Position numbers and translations under genes: made by a program | Notes under the pieces: generated by a model | What the model was told of the DNA's origin: nothing | Seen by the model: only the letters and a program-made list of their open reading frames with translations | Database searches by the model: none | Shown: positions 41,851-54,794 of the stretch, in pieces | Layout of the letters: every line of letters starts with the position of its first letter | Numbering within the stretch: the first letter of the stretch is position 1 | Assembly (NCBI GenBank): GCA_028534125.1 | Contig: CM052849.1 | Coordinates: 434,001 to 498,000 of the forward strand | From: Lama glama | Taxonomy: Eukaryota | DNA: 64,000 bases | Direction: 5' to 3'

Positions 41851-44800
41851 CGACTGCTGTCACCTGGGCCACCGTGGGGCCTTGCGCTGGTCTTTCCACG
41901 TGCAGGGAGGGGGACCACTGGAGCAGGGTTGCAGACCCACACTTCCCTTGCCCAGGCCCTCTGCCCCACACTTAAGGAGGGGCCGTGAGCTTGTGTCTCA
42001 GGTGTGAGTCAGCATGGGGAGCAGGACATGTGCATGCCCTGGGCTGCATGGAATTCTCTCTTGCATATCCCTCGGGACTCCCTGGCTCCAGGGTCACTAC
42101 ATGGTCACCAGCCCCCTCTCAGGGCCCAGCCATGCCCAGTCCCTCCTCCCAGATAGCGTGGAGAGGGGCCAGAGCCCCACAGGCCAGGTGCTCTCCACCT
42201 GGGCCCAGGGCCGCCTTCCTGCGCCTTGGCATGTTTTTATGGTGCAATGAAAATATGATTTTAATTCCTCAAATTGTTCCTTGTAACCTACAATTACCCC
42301 CGACGTCCTGTGCTCATCGCTTATGGCTCTGATTGCGCAAGAAAGTGGGGCGGCTGCTGCTGGGGGCAAGGCCCACCCCTCCCCTGCCTCACCCTCTTCT
42401 GGGAAACCCTCCAGCCACCAACCCCGCCTTCCTCCAGCCCCCTGAGGCCCCTAGGAGGGCAGATACTCAGGGAGGGTGACCAGTCCTGGAGTGCTGGACT
42501 GCAGACTCAGCCTGGTCCCCCTGCACACTTTGCACAGGCTGCTGGTGCCCCCCAGCCTCTCCTAGCTTTGCTGGATGCATAGCAGGGAACACCCCTACCG
42601 CCATACATGCCAGCCACGCTTTCACGTGGCTGGAGGCCCAGCTGAGGAGGTGACCACAGTGCCCAGCCAGGGGCCCTCACAGGCGGAGTTGCCCCATGAG
42701 AAACTGGCATCAGGTGGTGCCTGCAGGTCAGGGGGTCTGTCCTGTGGCCTCAGGTCTGGCTCACCTCACCTGGCCCAGGCAGCAGCTCAGGGTACCCTGG
42801 CCCCAGCACACTCCCCAGGGTTGGGCCTGAGCCCCTCACCCACCGCTCACTGCTGGATGCAGAGCTGCCAGAGCCCGTGGCCCAGGGCCCCACAAGAGGG
42901 CCACCCTGAGTGGACCGGACCATGTGCTGGTTCAGAGACCCAGGGCCATCAGGCCTGCTCAGACTCCGGGTGCCCAGCCCACCCTGGCCAGGGGCCCCTT
43001 GTGGGGCTTCACTGCCCAGTGCTCACGCTGCGCACATTCTTACAAGTCCATGTGAGAGGCTCCTCTGTGCTGGCCAGTCTGAGGCAGGAGCCCCAGGCTG
43101 TTCCCACTTGTGCCTGCCCTGTTCCCCTGCCATCCGCCCAGTGCATCTGCTTAGCCGGCAGCCGCCTCGTGTAGGGAGCGGGCTGACTCCCCCAGAGCTT
43201 TGCCCAGCTCCTGCTTCCTGGGCTTTCATGGAGCCCCAGGTCCTCCTTGGGGGTCACCAGCACAAAAGACCCTCTCCCAGGACTACAGGCAGTAAAAGCA
43301 GCCCCTGTAGCCTTTGGGCTGGCCTGCACTGCCTCTGCCTCCTCCCACTGCTTTCTACCCTCTCCTGGCCCTCCCCCCACCCCCACATCAGGTCTCCCCA
43401 GGGCTGCAGGAGAGGTCTCCCAGAGCCAGGGGGCCTCATGGGACAGCACCTTGTGCCCTGACCTTGCTTTGTTCTTCCCCCATCGGAGCCCGCTGTGCTC
43501 TCTCTGGATGCTGAGTGGCCCTGGGAGCTGCCTCAGGTCCTTTCTGTACCAGGCAGGGGCATGAACACTGGCCTGGCCCCCTGGAACAGAGCAGGAGGGA
43601 TGAGGAGGGGCAACTGGAACAGGCTCTGCGCATCCCAGGCCTGTCTGCACACCAGCCAGGGGAGGTGCCTGACACTGCTGGCTAGTGTCTGCTGGGCCCT
43701 CTCCAGGTAGAAGGGGCATTGCCCAGGCCAGGAGTCCCAGTTCCAACAGGGCTGGATCGTGGAGGGGTTGGGCTGCCAGGAGCCTCCCTGGGAGAGCCTG
43801 GGGAAGGAAGGAGGCACACAGGCACCTTTGGGGCAGGTCCAGCCAAAAGTATCTGGCTTTGGAGACAACGAGACAGTTCTGAGATTCTTCTGCCAAGAGA
43901 CTGATAACTGGGAGACACGAGCTCACGCGTACAGGCCACTCTGATGGTGCACACGTCCAGCTGGGGGTCCCCAGGGGCAGGGACAGGGCCGGATGATGCC
44001 AAGAGGGACGGCCTGGGCTCCCATGCCCAGCACTCCAGCATCGCTGCCAGGCCCACCTCCCTGCCCAGCAGATGTGGCCAGAGTTACCACTCCCTGTTCC
44101 AGACCCGCATGACAGGGAAGCTACCCTGACGGCACCTGGGCAGCACCCCTTCTGGCTGGTGCCATGGTGCGCTGGGAATGAGAGGGACAGAGGCTGTGTG
44201 CCCGCCCCCAAGTAGCCTGGGCCCGACAGGAGGTTGAAGCCTGCTTCTCCTGACACGCTGGGAGGGAGAAGACTGTTATACAGATGCTGCTTCTTAACCC
44301 GCAGGAGCGCGGTCACACGTGACAGGTGGGCGGCCTTCAGACCTGGGTCTGCCGTCTGTGGAGCAGCACGGCCAGGGCCATGCTGCTGAGCAGGCCTGGC
44401 CAGCCGTCCTCTCTCCCCCAGGCCCGGTCTTTCCTGCGGCCCAGCTTCTGGAGCTCTCGGGTTTCTGGTCCCGCCCCAAGGACTCAGGGAGCCCTGCGTG
44501 TCCTGGGCCCCAGCCAAGCACCTGTGCCTCCCCAGGGCCCTGCAAAGCATCTTAAAGCTGAGCTCCCCTAATCCCAGCCTGACGTGGTTTATGGTGCTCG
44601 GGTGTCCCTAATCCCGAAACCCAAGCAGGGTCCCAGCAGCCATCCCAGCGCCATCCAAGTGGGCAGGAGGAGGACGCCGTCCCTCGTGTGCCTGCTGTTT
44701 AGAGCTGGCCCCCACCAGGGACAGGGCAGGGAGCTGGGCCACAGGGTGAAGATCTCTGGAAACTGTGGAGGCCTGGCGGGTCCTCTCCAGCCTCTACCTG

Positions 44801-46189
44801 GGTGCCCAGTGGCAACAGGCCCCACTCAGGTCTTGAGGCTCCAGCCTCTAGGGTTTCAGGGGATGGTGATCCGGCCCTGCAGTTCCACTGAGTTAAGTTT
44901 TGTTTTGTCTTTTTTTCCCTAATAAAATCAGGATCTTTATGGCTTATGACTGATGATCAAATAACACCAAAGCTTGGGAACAAAGTGGGACCACAAACGA
45001 GAGGCGCTGTGGCCCTGTAATGTAGCAGCTGGGGGCCAAGAGCCTGCAGGGTCCAGCTCCCCACCCTGCCCTGACCCAGTCAGGGCACCAGCCAGTGGGC
45101 AGGGCACCCACAGGCCCCCTTCTCATCATAGTGAGCAACGCGGCCCCCATGTGGTGAGAAAGGCTAGCGGCCCCTCGTGGTCTTAGCATCTTTTAAGAAT
45201 TTTACACCCCTGAGTTCCCCCAAAGCAGACGTAAGAGGCTTCTGAGCAACAAGAGTCAAGACGGGACAGAGTGGGAGGCGGTGACAGCAACGTCTGGATG
45301 TGTTTCATTGGACGAGTGAGAAAACTGATGCCCAGACCGCCTAGGAGCCCTGTGGGCGAGGTGGTGCAGCCAGGCCCCTGCCTGTGGGAGAGGCTGGACG
45401 GCAGGTGAGCCCTCAAAGCTGCATTGTCCTGCCCTGGTGGCTGGAAGTGGGCTGGGTGATTGTAATAATAATGTCCTGACAGCCCACCAGCGGCTGGGTT
45501 TCCATAGCTCGGACGGTATTTGGTTTTCAAAGTCCTTGGCAGGGAGATGGCCTACAAGTGGAGTGTTGTTCATGTCGGCCTGTTCTCAGCAGCTCAGAGG
45601 CCACCCGGCACCCGGCTCCTCTGCAGAGGTGCTTGGGCACGCAGGGCAGGGTGCTGCGCCAGGGGGCCCGCCCACCACCCTCCAGGGCCGCCATGAGGAC
45701 CCCGCCTGTCCTGGGAGGCCCTCTGGGAGCAGGTCACTTCTCCAGCTGCCACCTTGCCTCCCCCCAGCAAACACCTGGCCCGCAGTCCTCACCCAGGCTG
45801 CTCCCTCACTGCTGCCTCCCCCTCCAGGAAGAACACCCTGAACAGCGTTTCTGTCCTGCCCTGAAAGAGCCTCCTCTTCACGTCTCTGTCCCCTGTGCGG
45901 TGCCCGCATACACACTGAGGCACAGCAGTTGGTCACGTTGGTGGGAAATCTTTCTGGCCATGTTTTCTGCTGGAGGCAGCTCAGAGCCTAGTCACACCTC
46001 CCTCGGCTCCCCAGCTCTGGTTCTCGTGTGCCAGGGCCACACAGGGGAGCAGGACGCCAGGTTGGCGGTTTCACTAACCCTGCAGCAGGCACAGCAGGAC
46101 TGGTGTTTGTCAAGCAAATGGCGGTGCTGGAATGGGCAGTGACTGAGCAGCTTGTATAAAGCTGCCTTTTTCACAGACAAAAGTGATCA

Positions 46190-48790
46190 ACTCTACACAA
46201 AATAGAAGATACCTGTTTGAAGACACAGAAGATCACCCAAAGCAGTCAGAAACTAGAGGGAATCCACCCACTGGAGAAAAGAACACACTGGGTGAGATCC
46301 ACGTTGGAAAGTCTAGTGTAACGGTGCCTGAGAGGGAGGAAGGGGCTGAAAAAACATTTGAAGAAACAATGACCAATGTCATGAGTTTTGGATCAACTTA
46401 CAGATACAAGAATCTCAGCCAATTCCACACAGTATAAACCCCCAAAGCCCCAAACACTAAGGCACAGCATAGTCAAACTCTTGAAAATCAAAGATAAAGA
46501 TAAAATCTTGGAAGCAGCCAGGGAAGTAAGGACACGGTACACATGTCTGATTACACAGCAGAAAAAATGAAGATGGGAAGAAACAAAACCAAATTTATGT
46601 TTGGAAAGAAAGCCGTCCCGGAAATTTATGTGCAGCACAAACATTATTCAAAGGTAGGAGAGAAGTGAGGACACTTCGGTGACAGCCGGGGTAACTGCCA
46701 CCCGTTGTGTGGACTGCAGGGACTACAGCAGGAGGTTCCTTGGGCTGAAGAGAAATTACACCAGGAAGAAATGAAGAGATGGTGGATGAGCAGGTAAATT
46801 TAAAACACTATTTTTCCTTCTCTTATTTTCTTTAAGACACTGATTAATGCAAGAATTATAACAACGCACAATTTGGGTTTATATGAATGAGAACCTACAA
46901 CAACAGCAAAAAGATGGTTGCAAATGGAATGTTACAGTTACAAGATTCTTACACTTAATGCGGAGCAGTACAGCGTTAACTGTAAGTAGGTTATAGTAAA
47001 TTAAAGATGCATGTTTTAAACTCCTAGGGCAACTACTAAATATAACACAAAGAGGTACAGCCTCTTTGTGGAGTAAACACATTTGACCACATTCAGCACC
47101 TATTTATGAAAAAAACAAGGCTCGTGCAACGTAGGACTCAGAGGAAACTCCCTCGCCTAATAGATGGCATCTGTGAAAATTGTCGACAACTCCCACTGGA
47201 CTTTACGGCGGAAGAACAGCCACTGTCCTTCCGAGACAAGGAACAGGTCAAGGACACCTGCTCCTGCTTTTACCAAACTTTATTCCTGAAAGTCCCGGCC
47301 ACTGTAATGGGAGGGGAAATCACAGTTATACGCACTGTGTGTAGGTACACATGTACCTGTTACAGACAGGCATACAAATGACATTTGATGGGACAGAAGA
47401 AAGCACAGCCGTCTGTATTTGCAGATGACATGGTCACGTACACAGAAAACCCCGAGGAATCTATAAAATGACTACTGGCACTAATAAGTAAATTTAGCAA
47501 AAGCTCAAGATAAAATGTCAATTCTATTTTTCTATACTAGCAAAAACAATTGGAAAATTAAAAATTGTAAATACTCTTTACAATAGCATCAAAAACCATA
47601 AAATGCTTAGAGGTAAATTTGACAAAATTTGCCAAACTTGTGCCCTGAACTCTATCACGATTCCTTGAAAGAAATTGATAAAGACTTAAATAAATCAAGG
47701 GATATAATCTGTGCATGAATTGGAAGACTTGACACTGTTAAGATGCTCCCTATCTTCAAATTTATTTATGGATTCAACACAATCCCAATTAAAATCCCAT
47801 TAGAAACTGACAAGCTGATTTTTCCTATAAATCGACAAGTTGATTCTAAAACATGGATGGAAATGCAGAATTAGAATAGCCCAAATAATTTCGAAAAAGG
47901 GAAAGAGGTTAGAGGACTTGAACTATGTAATTTTAAGTCTTACTATAAAGTTGCAGTACATAAGACAGGATGAGTTGGGACTAAGGACAAAGATCAGGGG
48001 ACCAGAATAGAGGGTCCAAAATTAGACCCACCCACCCAATCACAGCCATCAGATTCTAATAAAAGTGCCAAGGTGAGGTGGCAGAGAAGAGGATAGGTTT
48101 TTCAAAACAAAAGCTCCTAGAACTATGGGATTTCTCTATGGATAACAATGAACTTTAACCCGTAACTCACACCATACATGAAAATTAATTCAGAATACAC
48201 CACTGACCTTCATGTAAAAGCTAAAGTGGCAGAACTTCCAGAAGTAAACAAAGGAGAATGTATTTATGACACTGGAGTTGCATCATTTCTTAGGGTGCAA
48301 AAGCACTAGCCATCAAAACGTTAAGCTTCTGCTCTTCAAAAGACACCAGGGAGAAAATGAATAGGGAAGTGACACACTGAGAGAACGCTTTTTCCATCAT
48401 GCATCTGACACTTTGAAATTCAGAATGTGTGCAAAAACTCTCACAAATTAACAAAAGATGATTAACAATCACATAAAAATATGGACATCATTCGTTACCC
48501 AGGAGACAAATCGAAACCACAATGACCGATCACTCGATTCCTGCCAGAATGATTAAAATTAAAATGATTAATGATACCAAGTGTCAGCATGGACGTGGAG
48601 CAACTGGAATTTTCATGCATTGCTGGAGGAAGTGTAAAAGTTCCAACTGCTTTGGAAAACTCTTGGCAGCTTCCTATTAATATATGCACCTACCCCATGA
48701 CCCAGCAGGTCCACTCCCAGGTATTTACCCCAAAGAAATGCAACCTTATATTACAAAAAGCACTTGTTCAAGAATATTCATAGCAGCTTG
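46190..48790 (+). mobile_element. Fragmented old LINE-1 (ORF1 and ORF2 remnants)
   Basis: A-rich. ORF 46388-46570 (LRHSIVKLLKIKDKDKILEAARE) is L1 ORF1-like; tttgcagatgacatg (F-A-D-D-M, RT motif) at ~47418; ORF2 C-terminal motifs to ~48780. Confidence 0.85.
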
Positions 48791-48894
48791 ATTAATAGTA
48801 GCTCCGTGCTGTTAAGATCTGTGCACTTCACTGAAGTAAATCTTACATCAATTGGGCGGGGGAGGGGCGGGGGACCCACAGCAGCAACACTGGC

Positions 48895-49212
48895 TTCCAA
48901 AAGCTTGTCTCAGAAACAAGGCTGGTGGCTTATAAGCAACAAAAATTTATTTCTCACAGTTCTGGAGGCCAGGAAGTCCAGGGTCATGGCACTAGCAGAT
49001 TCGGTGTCTGGTAGGAACCCACTTCCTGGTGTATAGACGGCTGACTTCCTCTGGGTCCTCACATGGTAGAAGGGGTGAGGGAGCTCTGGGCTCTTTGATT
49101 AAGGGCACTAATCCTATTCAAGAGGGCCCCACCTCCTGATACCATCACATGGGGGATTAGGATTTCAACATAACACATTTAGGGGAGGGACACAAACATT
49201 CAGTTCATTACA
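48895..49212. mobile_element. MaLR (MLT1-like) LTR
   Basis: ggtggcttataagcaacaaaaatttatttctcacagttctggaggcc...aagggcactaatcc...gacacaaacattcag. Confidence 0.8.
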
Positions 49213-49249
49213 AGACCGAAGCACAAGGAACCCCAGGGGCACCAGGCTC

Positions 49250-49700
49250 AGTTCCTCAAAAAGTTAAATGTAGTGTTACCCTATGACTCACCAATTCCAC
49301 TCAAGGAATATGCCCCAAAGAAGTCAGAGTAAGGACTCTGATACATGTACACCCATGCTCACAGCAGCGTTAGTCACAGGAGCCAAAAGATGGAAGGCAC
49401 TCAGTGTCCACCAACAAATTTATGGATAAACAAAATATGGTACATACATGTAAAGAAATATTACTGAGCCTTACAAAGGAACAAAAATTCTGATAGGTGC
49501 CACACCATAATTAAACCTTTAAAACATTCTAAGTGAAATGACAAATAGTGTATAATCTCCTTTATACAAGGTGCTTAGGCAAATTAACATAGACAAAGTA
49601 GAACAGAGGTTACCAGGGGCTCAGGAAAGGGGTGGTGGGGAGAAGTGTTCTGGGGACAGAATTTCTTTTGGGGGTCATAAAAAAGTTCTGGAAAGGCATT
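49250..49700 (+). mobile_element. L1M 3'-end fragment
   Basis: gttcctcaaaaagttaaat...caattccactc...atggataaacaaaatatggtacatacat...gaggttaccaggggct. Confidence 0.75.
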
Positions 49701-50149
49701 TTTTGATGGCCTGGCCCAGTTTGATCAAGGTTTAGCACAAGCCTGCTGCCCACTCTCTGCTAACCACACTGAGTTGCCCTGAGCTGCCAAACTGTCGGCA
49801 ACTCCCCCTCTCCTTTGAGGCAAGGAAGTTTAAATTATCAGGTCAATTAGGGAAGACACAACCGAAAAATACAAATTTCACTCACTTCCAGAAGGCGCTT
49901 CCTGGCTGGGTGCCACTTCTAGCATTTTTGGCTAGGCAGCTGAAAGCCCCGCAGACCCTGAGAAGATACAATGTAATCGTTGATTCGTTTCGATGATCAA
50001 AGCGAGTAAGTTTGGGTGTAAATGCAGATAACATTTCAGGGATGGTTTTATGAAAGGAGTCGCTAGACCAGGGCAGAAAGGGAGCTGGTGTTAACATCAC
50101 TTCCAGTGACCTCTGCCACCTTGGTCCTGGTAACCCTCCCCGACCTGGG

Positions 50150-51350
50150 GTCCCCGAGGCACGAGGTCCTGGGGTGGCTTCCCCCTGCTGCGTGGGCACC
50201 GCGAGAACGCGGGGCGGAAGCAGGGGCCGCGCACGGAGGGCATCAGCTCCCCCGGCACCGGCCTTCCTAGTGTCGGGGTGCAGCCTCGCTGGGTGAGCGG
50301 CGCCCACGGCGAGGGAGCCGGGCCCACAGGGGACAGTCTCCGGGCCACCCTTCCCTGTCGCTCCTGGGCGGCAGGTGCGCAGCCCGGGCCCCAGGCAGGT
50401 CTCCAGCGAGGCGCACTCGGCGAGCACACCGGCCGGTGAGCGCTGTAGCCCCTGAGTGACCAACCCTGTCTGGTGCCCTCGGCCCCCAGCACCCCTCTTG
50501 ACGCTCAGAAGGAACTCAGGGCAGTGACCTGGGGTGAACCAGGTGGGCGCCACAGCCACTCGTCAGTTAACCAGCCCTCAGCGCCAGGCCTCGCCTTGCG
50601 CCTGCGCGCGCGGCCCCGCCCGCCGGACGGACACAGCCCTCCCCGCGCCTGCGCCTGCTCGCGCGGCCCCGCCCTCTCTCGGGGCACTCGGCGCGGCGTC
50701 GGGCCCGGCGCGCTCCCATCGCCCCCCGCGCCACACTGCCCCGCTGTCAGGGCTCGGAAGCGCCTGCGCGATCGCGTCCCCAAGGCGCACGGCGCAGGCG
50801 CGGCTCGGCCGGTAGCCCAGCGTGGGGCGAGCCGGGGTCCGGCGCGGGAACGTACGGGACGGCGGCGCGCACGCAGGGGGCGTGGCCGCGCGACACGGCC
50901 GGCGGAGAGTCGGGCTGCTCTCTCCGGGCGTCGTTAACTGCGGCCGGAGGGTCAGTGGGGCAGGGTCTCCGCCTTTCGGTCCCTTCCTGACTCCCGGTCC
51001 GCGCCGGGACTGTGCGCTTCGAGCCTCCTACCGGGCCTGGCGTCGCCTCACGGCGGCCGGTCTCGTCCGCTTTGTAGGTGCGCTCGGGCTCGCCGTCGAG
51101 GGAGCCGGGCCGTCGTGGCCGGACCTTGCGCGGCCGCAGGTAAGTGGGCTTCGAGCCGCGGCGCGTGACCCCTGGCCCGCGGGTCCGAGTCCGGGTCGGG
51201 GTCGCGGGAGCACACTCCCCCTTCGGGGGATGGCTGAGGACCCCGCTCCCTGAAGTAGCGAGAGCTGGGCGGGTCCGTCCTGGGAGGGAGGGCGTCGGCA
51301 CGCGGGCGCGCGTGGTCAGTCACCACCTCACCTCGCGGATGGCAGGAGCG
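50150..51350 (+). promoter_or_regulatory. CpG-island promoter of GNB1L/RTL10
   Basis: Dense CpG; several NRF1-like GCGCCTGCGC/GCGCAGGCGC motifs (~50597, 50645, 50760, 50792); synteny with RTL10 just downstream. Confidence 0.85.
51000..51139 (+). other. GNB1L: GNB1L/RTL10 non-coding exon 1 (5' end approximate); no GNB1L coding exons found in the window
   Basis: Consensus donor CAG|GTAAGT at 51139/51140 inside the CpG island. Identity rests on the conserved order COMT-TXNRD2-GNB1L/RTL10. Confidence 0.6.
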
Positions 51351-51380
51351 AGAGTGGTTCGCAGTCATTGCTTTTTCCAG

Positions 51381-51463
51381 AGCTCGGTGAGGAACTGGAC
51401 TGGGCTTGGCAGTGGACAGCATTCACTCGTGTGCTGTCTCTTTGGCCACTGGTGCCCTAGCAG
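51381..51463 (+). other. GNB1L: Probable GNB1L/RTL10 non-coding exon 2 (3' boundary uncertain)
   Basis: Strong acceptor ttgctttttccag|AG at 51380. Donor ambiguous (51463 or 51556). Confidence 0.4.
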
Positions 51464-52971
51464 GTGTTTTAGTGTTAGGATGACACGGGCTTTCAGGTCG
51501 AAGACCCCCCAGGGTGGGGGGTGTATCTGAGGTTCCAGAAAGCCTAGGTGGCCGAGGTAGGTGCTGGGGGCTCCTGTGGCTCCGAATGCTGCAGGCTACC
51601 CAGAGAAGTGCTGGGTGGAAAGACCAACAAGCCGTGCCTTCCCGGAGGAGCTCCCATGGTGGGGATAGGTAAACAGGTAGGAAGCTGCCCCGAAGGTGAG
51701 TGCAGACCGGTGCCCCTAGGTAGGAGTCAGTGGAGCCTTGGGGTATTTGTTGAGGGGGGGATTGTTGGTAAGATCGCACAAGGGGTGAGTGAAGCCTCTG
51801 TGGAGGCCACGAGTGGACCTCTCGTTGCAGAGAGACTGGCGAGATGGCTCCCCTCAGGCTGAACAGTGGGAGGGCTCCTTGCACTGGAAGGGAACCTTAC
51901 CTCCCGACCTACAGCCTCCTTTACTGTGTCTTTGCCTCTTTGGGCCACTCAGCGGTGGTGATCACTGCTCTCCAGGCCCTTTGCAGGGGTGATTTTGGGG
52001 CAGTGAGAGTACACAGTGCAAGTGGGATTTAACTTGGGGGATCAGGTGCTGGGCTGTTGGCAGGGATGGGGATGCGGGGAGCTTATTTGAGGTGGGGGTG
52101 GCTGCACGCTGGGTAGTGAGGTGAGTCTCAGAAGCCTGGGAGAAGGCAGGCAGGTGGCACCTACACTGTCACGGTGCTGTGATGTAGAAGGCAGTCATGA
52201 TGCCGGCAGTGTTCTTAGCGGTGCTGTGTTTGGGGCGGTTGGGGGATGGTTCAGAGGACAATGAAGTCCGTAACTGGCCTGGTAACGCGTGGTGACGTGT
52301 GTGGTCTCTAGAGCCGGGTCAGCTGCCTCCGCCACTTGCTAGTTGGTGTGTGGCTGCAGACAAGAGATTTCACTCACCACTCTGCTTCAGGGTGGTAAGA
52401 GTATCAGCCTCGTCCTCGTCGGGGTCAGCGTTGGGCATGAATAGAGCGTTCAGTGAATGGGTTACTGTTGTTATCCTTCTCCTGAAATTCCCCAACAGCC
52501 ATCCAGGCTGTCTGGGGAAGCCCAGGGGCTTCTGGTCTGGCCCCTTCCTTTTCCTGGGACTGACATCACTGACATCACATCTGGCTCTTACAGCATCACA
52601 GGTGGTGTTTGCCACCTTCTCAGGCCTCCCAGCCTTCTCCCACTCAGAGCTCTGGGTGGGGTGCCCAGGTTGGCCCCCTGTTGCCCAGTGGTCATGGTTG
52701 GGCCTAGTTCCTGCTCTTCTCACCTTGTTTTTGGACAGATTGCCTTGGATGGTGGCCTGCATCTGACAGTCCCATCGCTCCTCTCTGCTCTTCTGAGGCC
52801 GCAGCTGTCAGCCCTTCAGCGCTTGCATGGAACGCCAGGGTTTGCCACAGCCTCTCCAGCCACCTCTGTCCTGTTGTGTCCCGTGTGCCTTCTGCCCACC
52901 CTGCCTGGACGTCTCTTCCTTTCTCCTCTTCCTTCGCGCAGTTGGCGGGGCAGCTTGTGCCTGCTTCCAGC

Positions 52972-54209
52972 ATGCCTCAAGGCTGGTGCCGTCGGCAGGG
53001 CCCTCGCAATCCTATCTGGGTGGCAGCCAATTACGCCAGTGCATGCCTTTGGCAGCAGGTGGATGGGGCCTCTCCTGGGGTCACACATGCACCATTGGTG
53101 GATCTCTGGATCGAGCAGCCCTGCTGTGGGGACCTTGTGTGCGTGCGCACAACCACGGAGCAGATGAGCACAGCGGGCCCTGCTCCTGGCGGTAAGCCTA
53201 CAGAGAGTGGGCCCCCAGTGATGCGCATACTCTGCCCATGGCCCCCTCTGGGTGGACTTCCACTGGGTGCCCGACTCAGACCCAGGCACCTTCGATGGTT
53301 CCCCTTGGCTGCTGAACCGCTTCTTGGCCCAGCTGGGTGATTTCATGTCCTTCCACTTTGAGCACTACCAGGACAACCATGCCAGCCCTTTGGGCTTGAT
53401 TCTTGTGTGATACCTGCCTGGACCCCTGCCTCAGTGTTCACCACGTGTAATCTCTGTCCTGTGGGCTGGAAATTAAGGAAGGCTGCATGGAGGAGGCAGC
53501 TCCTTTCATTATCCAGTGTGAGGTTCTTGGGCGCCTGATGGGCCAGGCCTGGGCGTGGGCAGCCCCCTAGCTCAATGGGGACCTGCCCTTGCCTGACAAT
53601 TGTGAGCTCTTTTGCCAGGATCCTGAGGAAGTTATTTAAGCCCTGAACAACTTCGCTGAGTACCACGCTGCGGTTCCCCACCTTTTGACTCCGGCCTCGA
53701 GCCAGCCGCCCATAGCCCCGCAGCTGCCTGTGCTAAGACAGTACTTAGCTCGGTTCTCTGAGGCCCTGGCACTCAACGTGGGCTCTCCTCCCAGGCCTGT
53801 CCCAGCTGCTCTGGCCACCTCTGCTGTTTGTAGTTCTGACTCCACATCCAGAGATGCTCTGTCCAAGCAGCAGCTAGCCACGGAGAGCAGCCTTAGGCCC
53901 GCGGAGCCTCCTACCTGGTCCAGTTCTGCATGCAACACCGTTCCTGGTCCTGGGGGGTCAGCTTCCTCCCAGCCAGGGGTGGTGGCCTCCAGACTTCCCT
54001 GCCCTTACAGAGTCTACTAAACCCTCTGCCCAGAAACCAGGTCCCGCTCACCCAAGGGGTCCAGAACGCCAGAAAACACAGGAGGTCTCTGAGACAGAGG
54101 GAGACCAGGAGGCACCCTTAGGTACCCCACAGAGGGCAGTGGACGCCTCGGAGACCCCAAGAGAGCCACCATGTCCTCCCGTGCCCCAGCCCACAGCCCT
54201 GGATTCTGA
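52972..54209 (+). pseudogene. RTL10: RTL10 (C22orf29/BOP, retrotransposon Gag-like 10), disrupted
   Basis: [22 protein letters not shown]... then, across frames, [105 protein letters not shown] and [14 protein letters not shown]...SPGF*. These are collinear with recalled human RTL10. Likely acceptor at 52738. Confidence 0.88.
53377..53522 (+). repeat. 146-bp direct repeat, copy 1 (inserted in the RTL10 CDS)
   Basis: Identical by eye to 54649-54794. Confidence 0.95.
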
Positions 54210-54648
54210 ATGTGCAGGTACAGCAGTGCCCTCTCATGATGAAGTGGCCTGCATAGCCAAGGAGCCCCCAGCCCCCTGTCAGGACAGTGGCATTGCCAGA
54301 TGACTGTAGATGTAGCACCAGGTGTCTCTCTGTACACTTGCCCTGTTACTGGGCATTGGTGCACCTGTCTGAGCATACACGGCTCCTTAGCACCACACCC
54401 CCAGCACAGGAGGACACTGGCCTCTGTCCTGCCCCTCAGGCCCCAACTCCCCCAGTGGCCCAGAGGCTGCCTCCCCCCCAGCTCTCAGCTACATCTTCAC
54501 ATCTTATTGGGGAGTGCCGTCTCACCTGGCCTGTTCCCACTGGTCGATCATTTCCCCACCTGCTATTTGTACTGTCCTTGTGACTGTCTCCCTCCTTCCC
54601 CCCCAAAACTGACTTCCTTCCATGCTGGCTGGGACTGGACTGGGTCTG

Positions 54649-54794
54649 CCATGCCAGCCCTTTGGGCTTGATTCTTGTGTGATACCTGCCTGGACCCCTG
54701 CCTCAGTGTTCACCACGTGTAATCTCTGTCCTGTGGGCTGGAAATTAAGGAAGGCTGCATGGAGGAGGCAGCTCCTTTCATTATCCAGTGTGAG
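54649..54794 (+). repeat. 146-bp direct repeat, copy 2 (presumed donor, RTL10 3'UTR region)
   Basis: Identical by eye to 53377-53522; offset 1272 bp. Confidence 0.95.

Noticed and set aside
43009-44550. 513-aa minus-strand ORF
   Set aside because: No recognisable domain, composition typical of GC-rich non-coding DNA, and the listed start is not a true ATG. blastp or PhyloCSF would be needed to revive it.
53235-53260. Programmed ribosomal frameshift rescuing RTL10 (as in PEG10)
   Set aside because: No canonical slippery heptamer, and the insertion plus two downstream in-frame stops would still truncate the product.
53377-54794. The 146-bp direct repeats as LTRs of a retroelement
   Set aside because: No TG...CA termini, PBS, PPT or TSD, and the enclosed sequence is simply the 3' half of RTL10.
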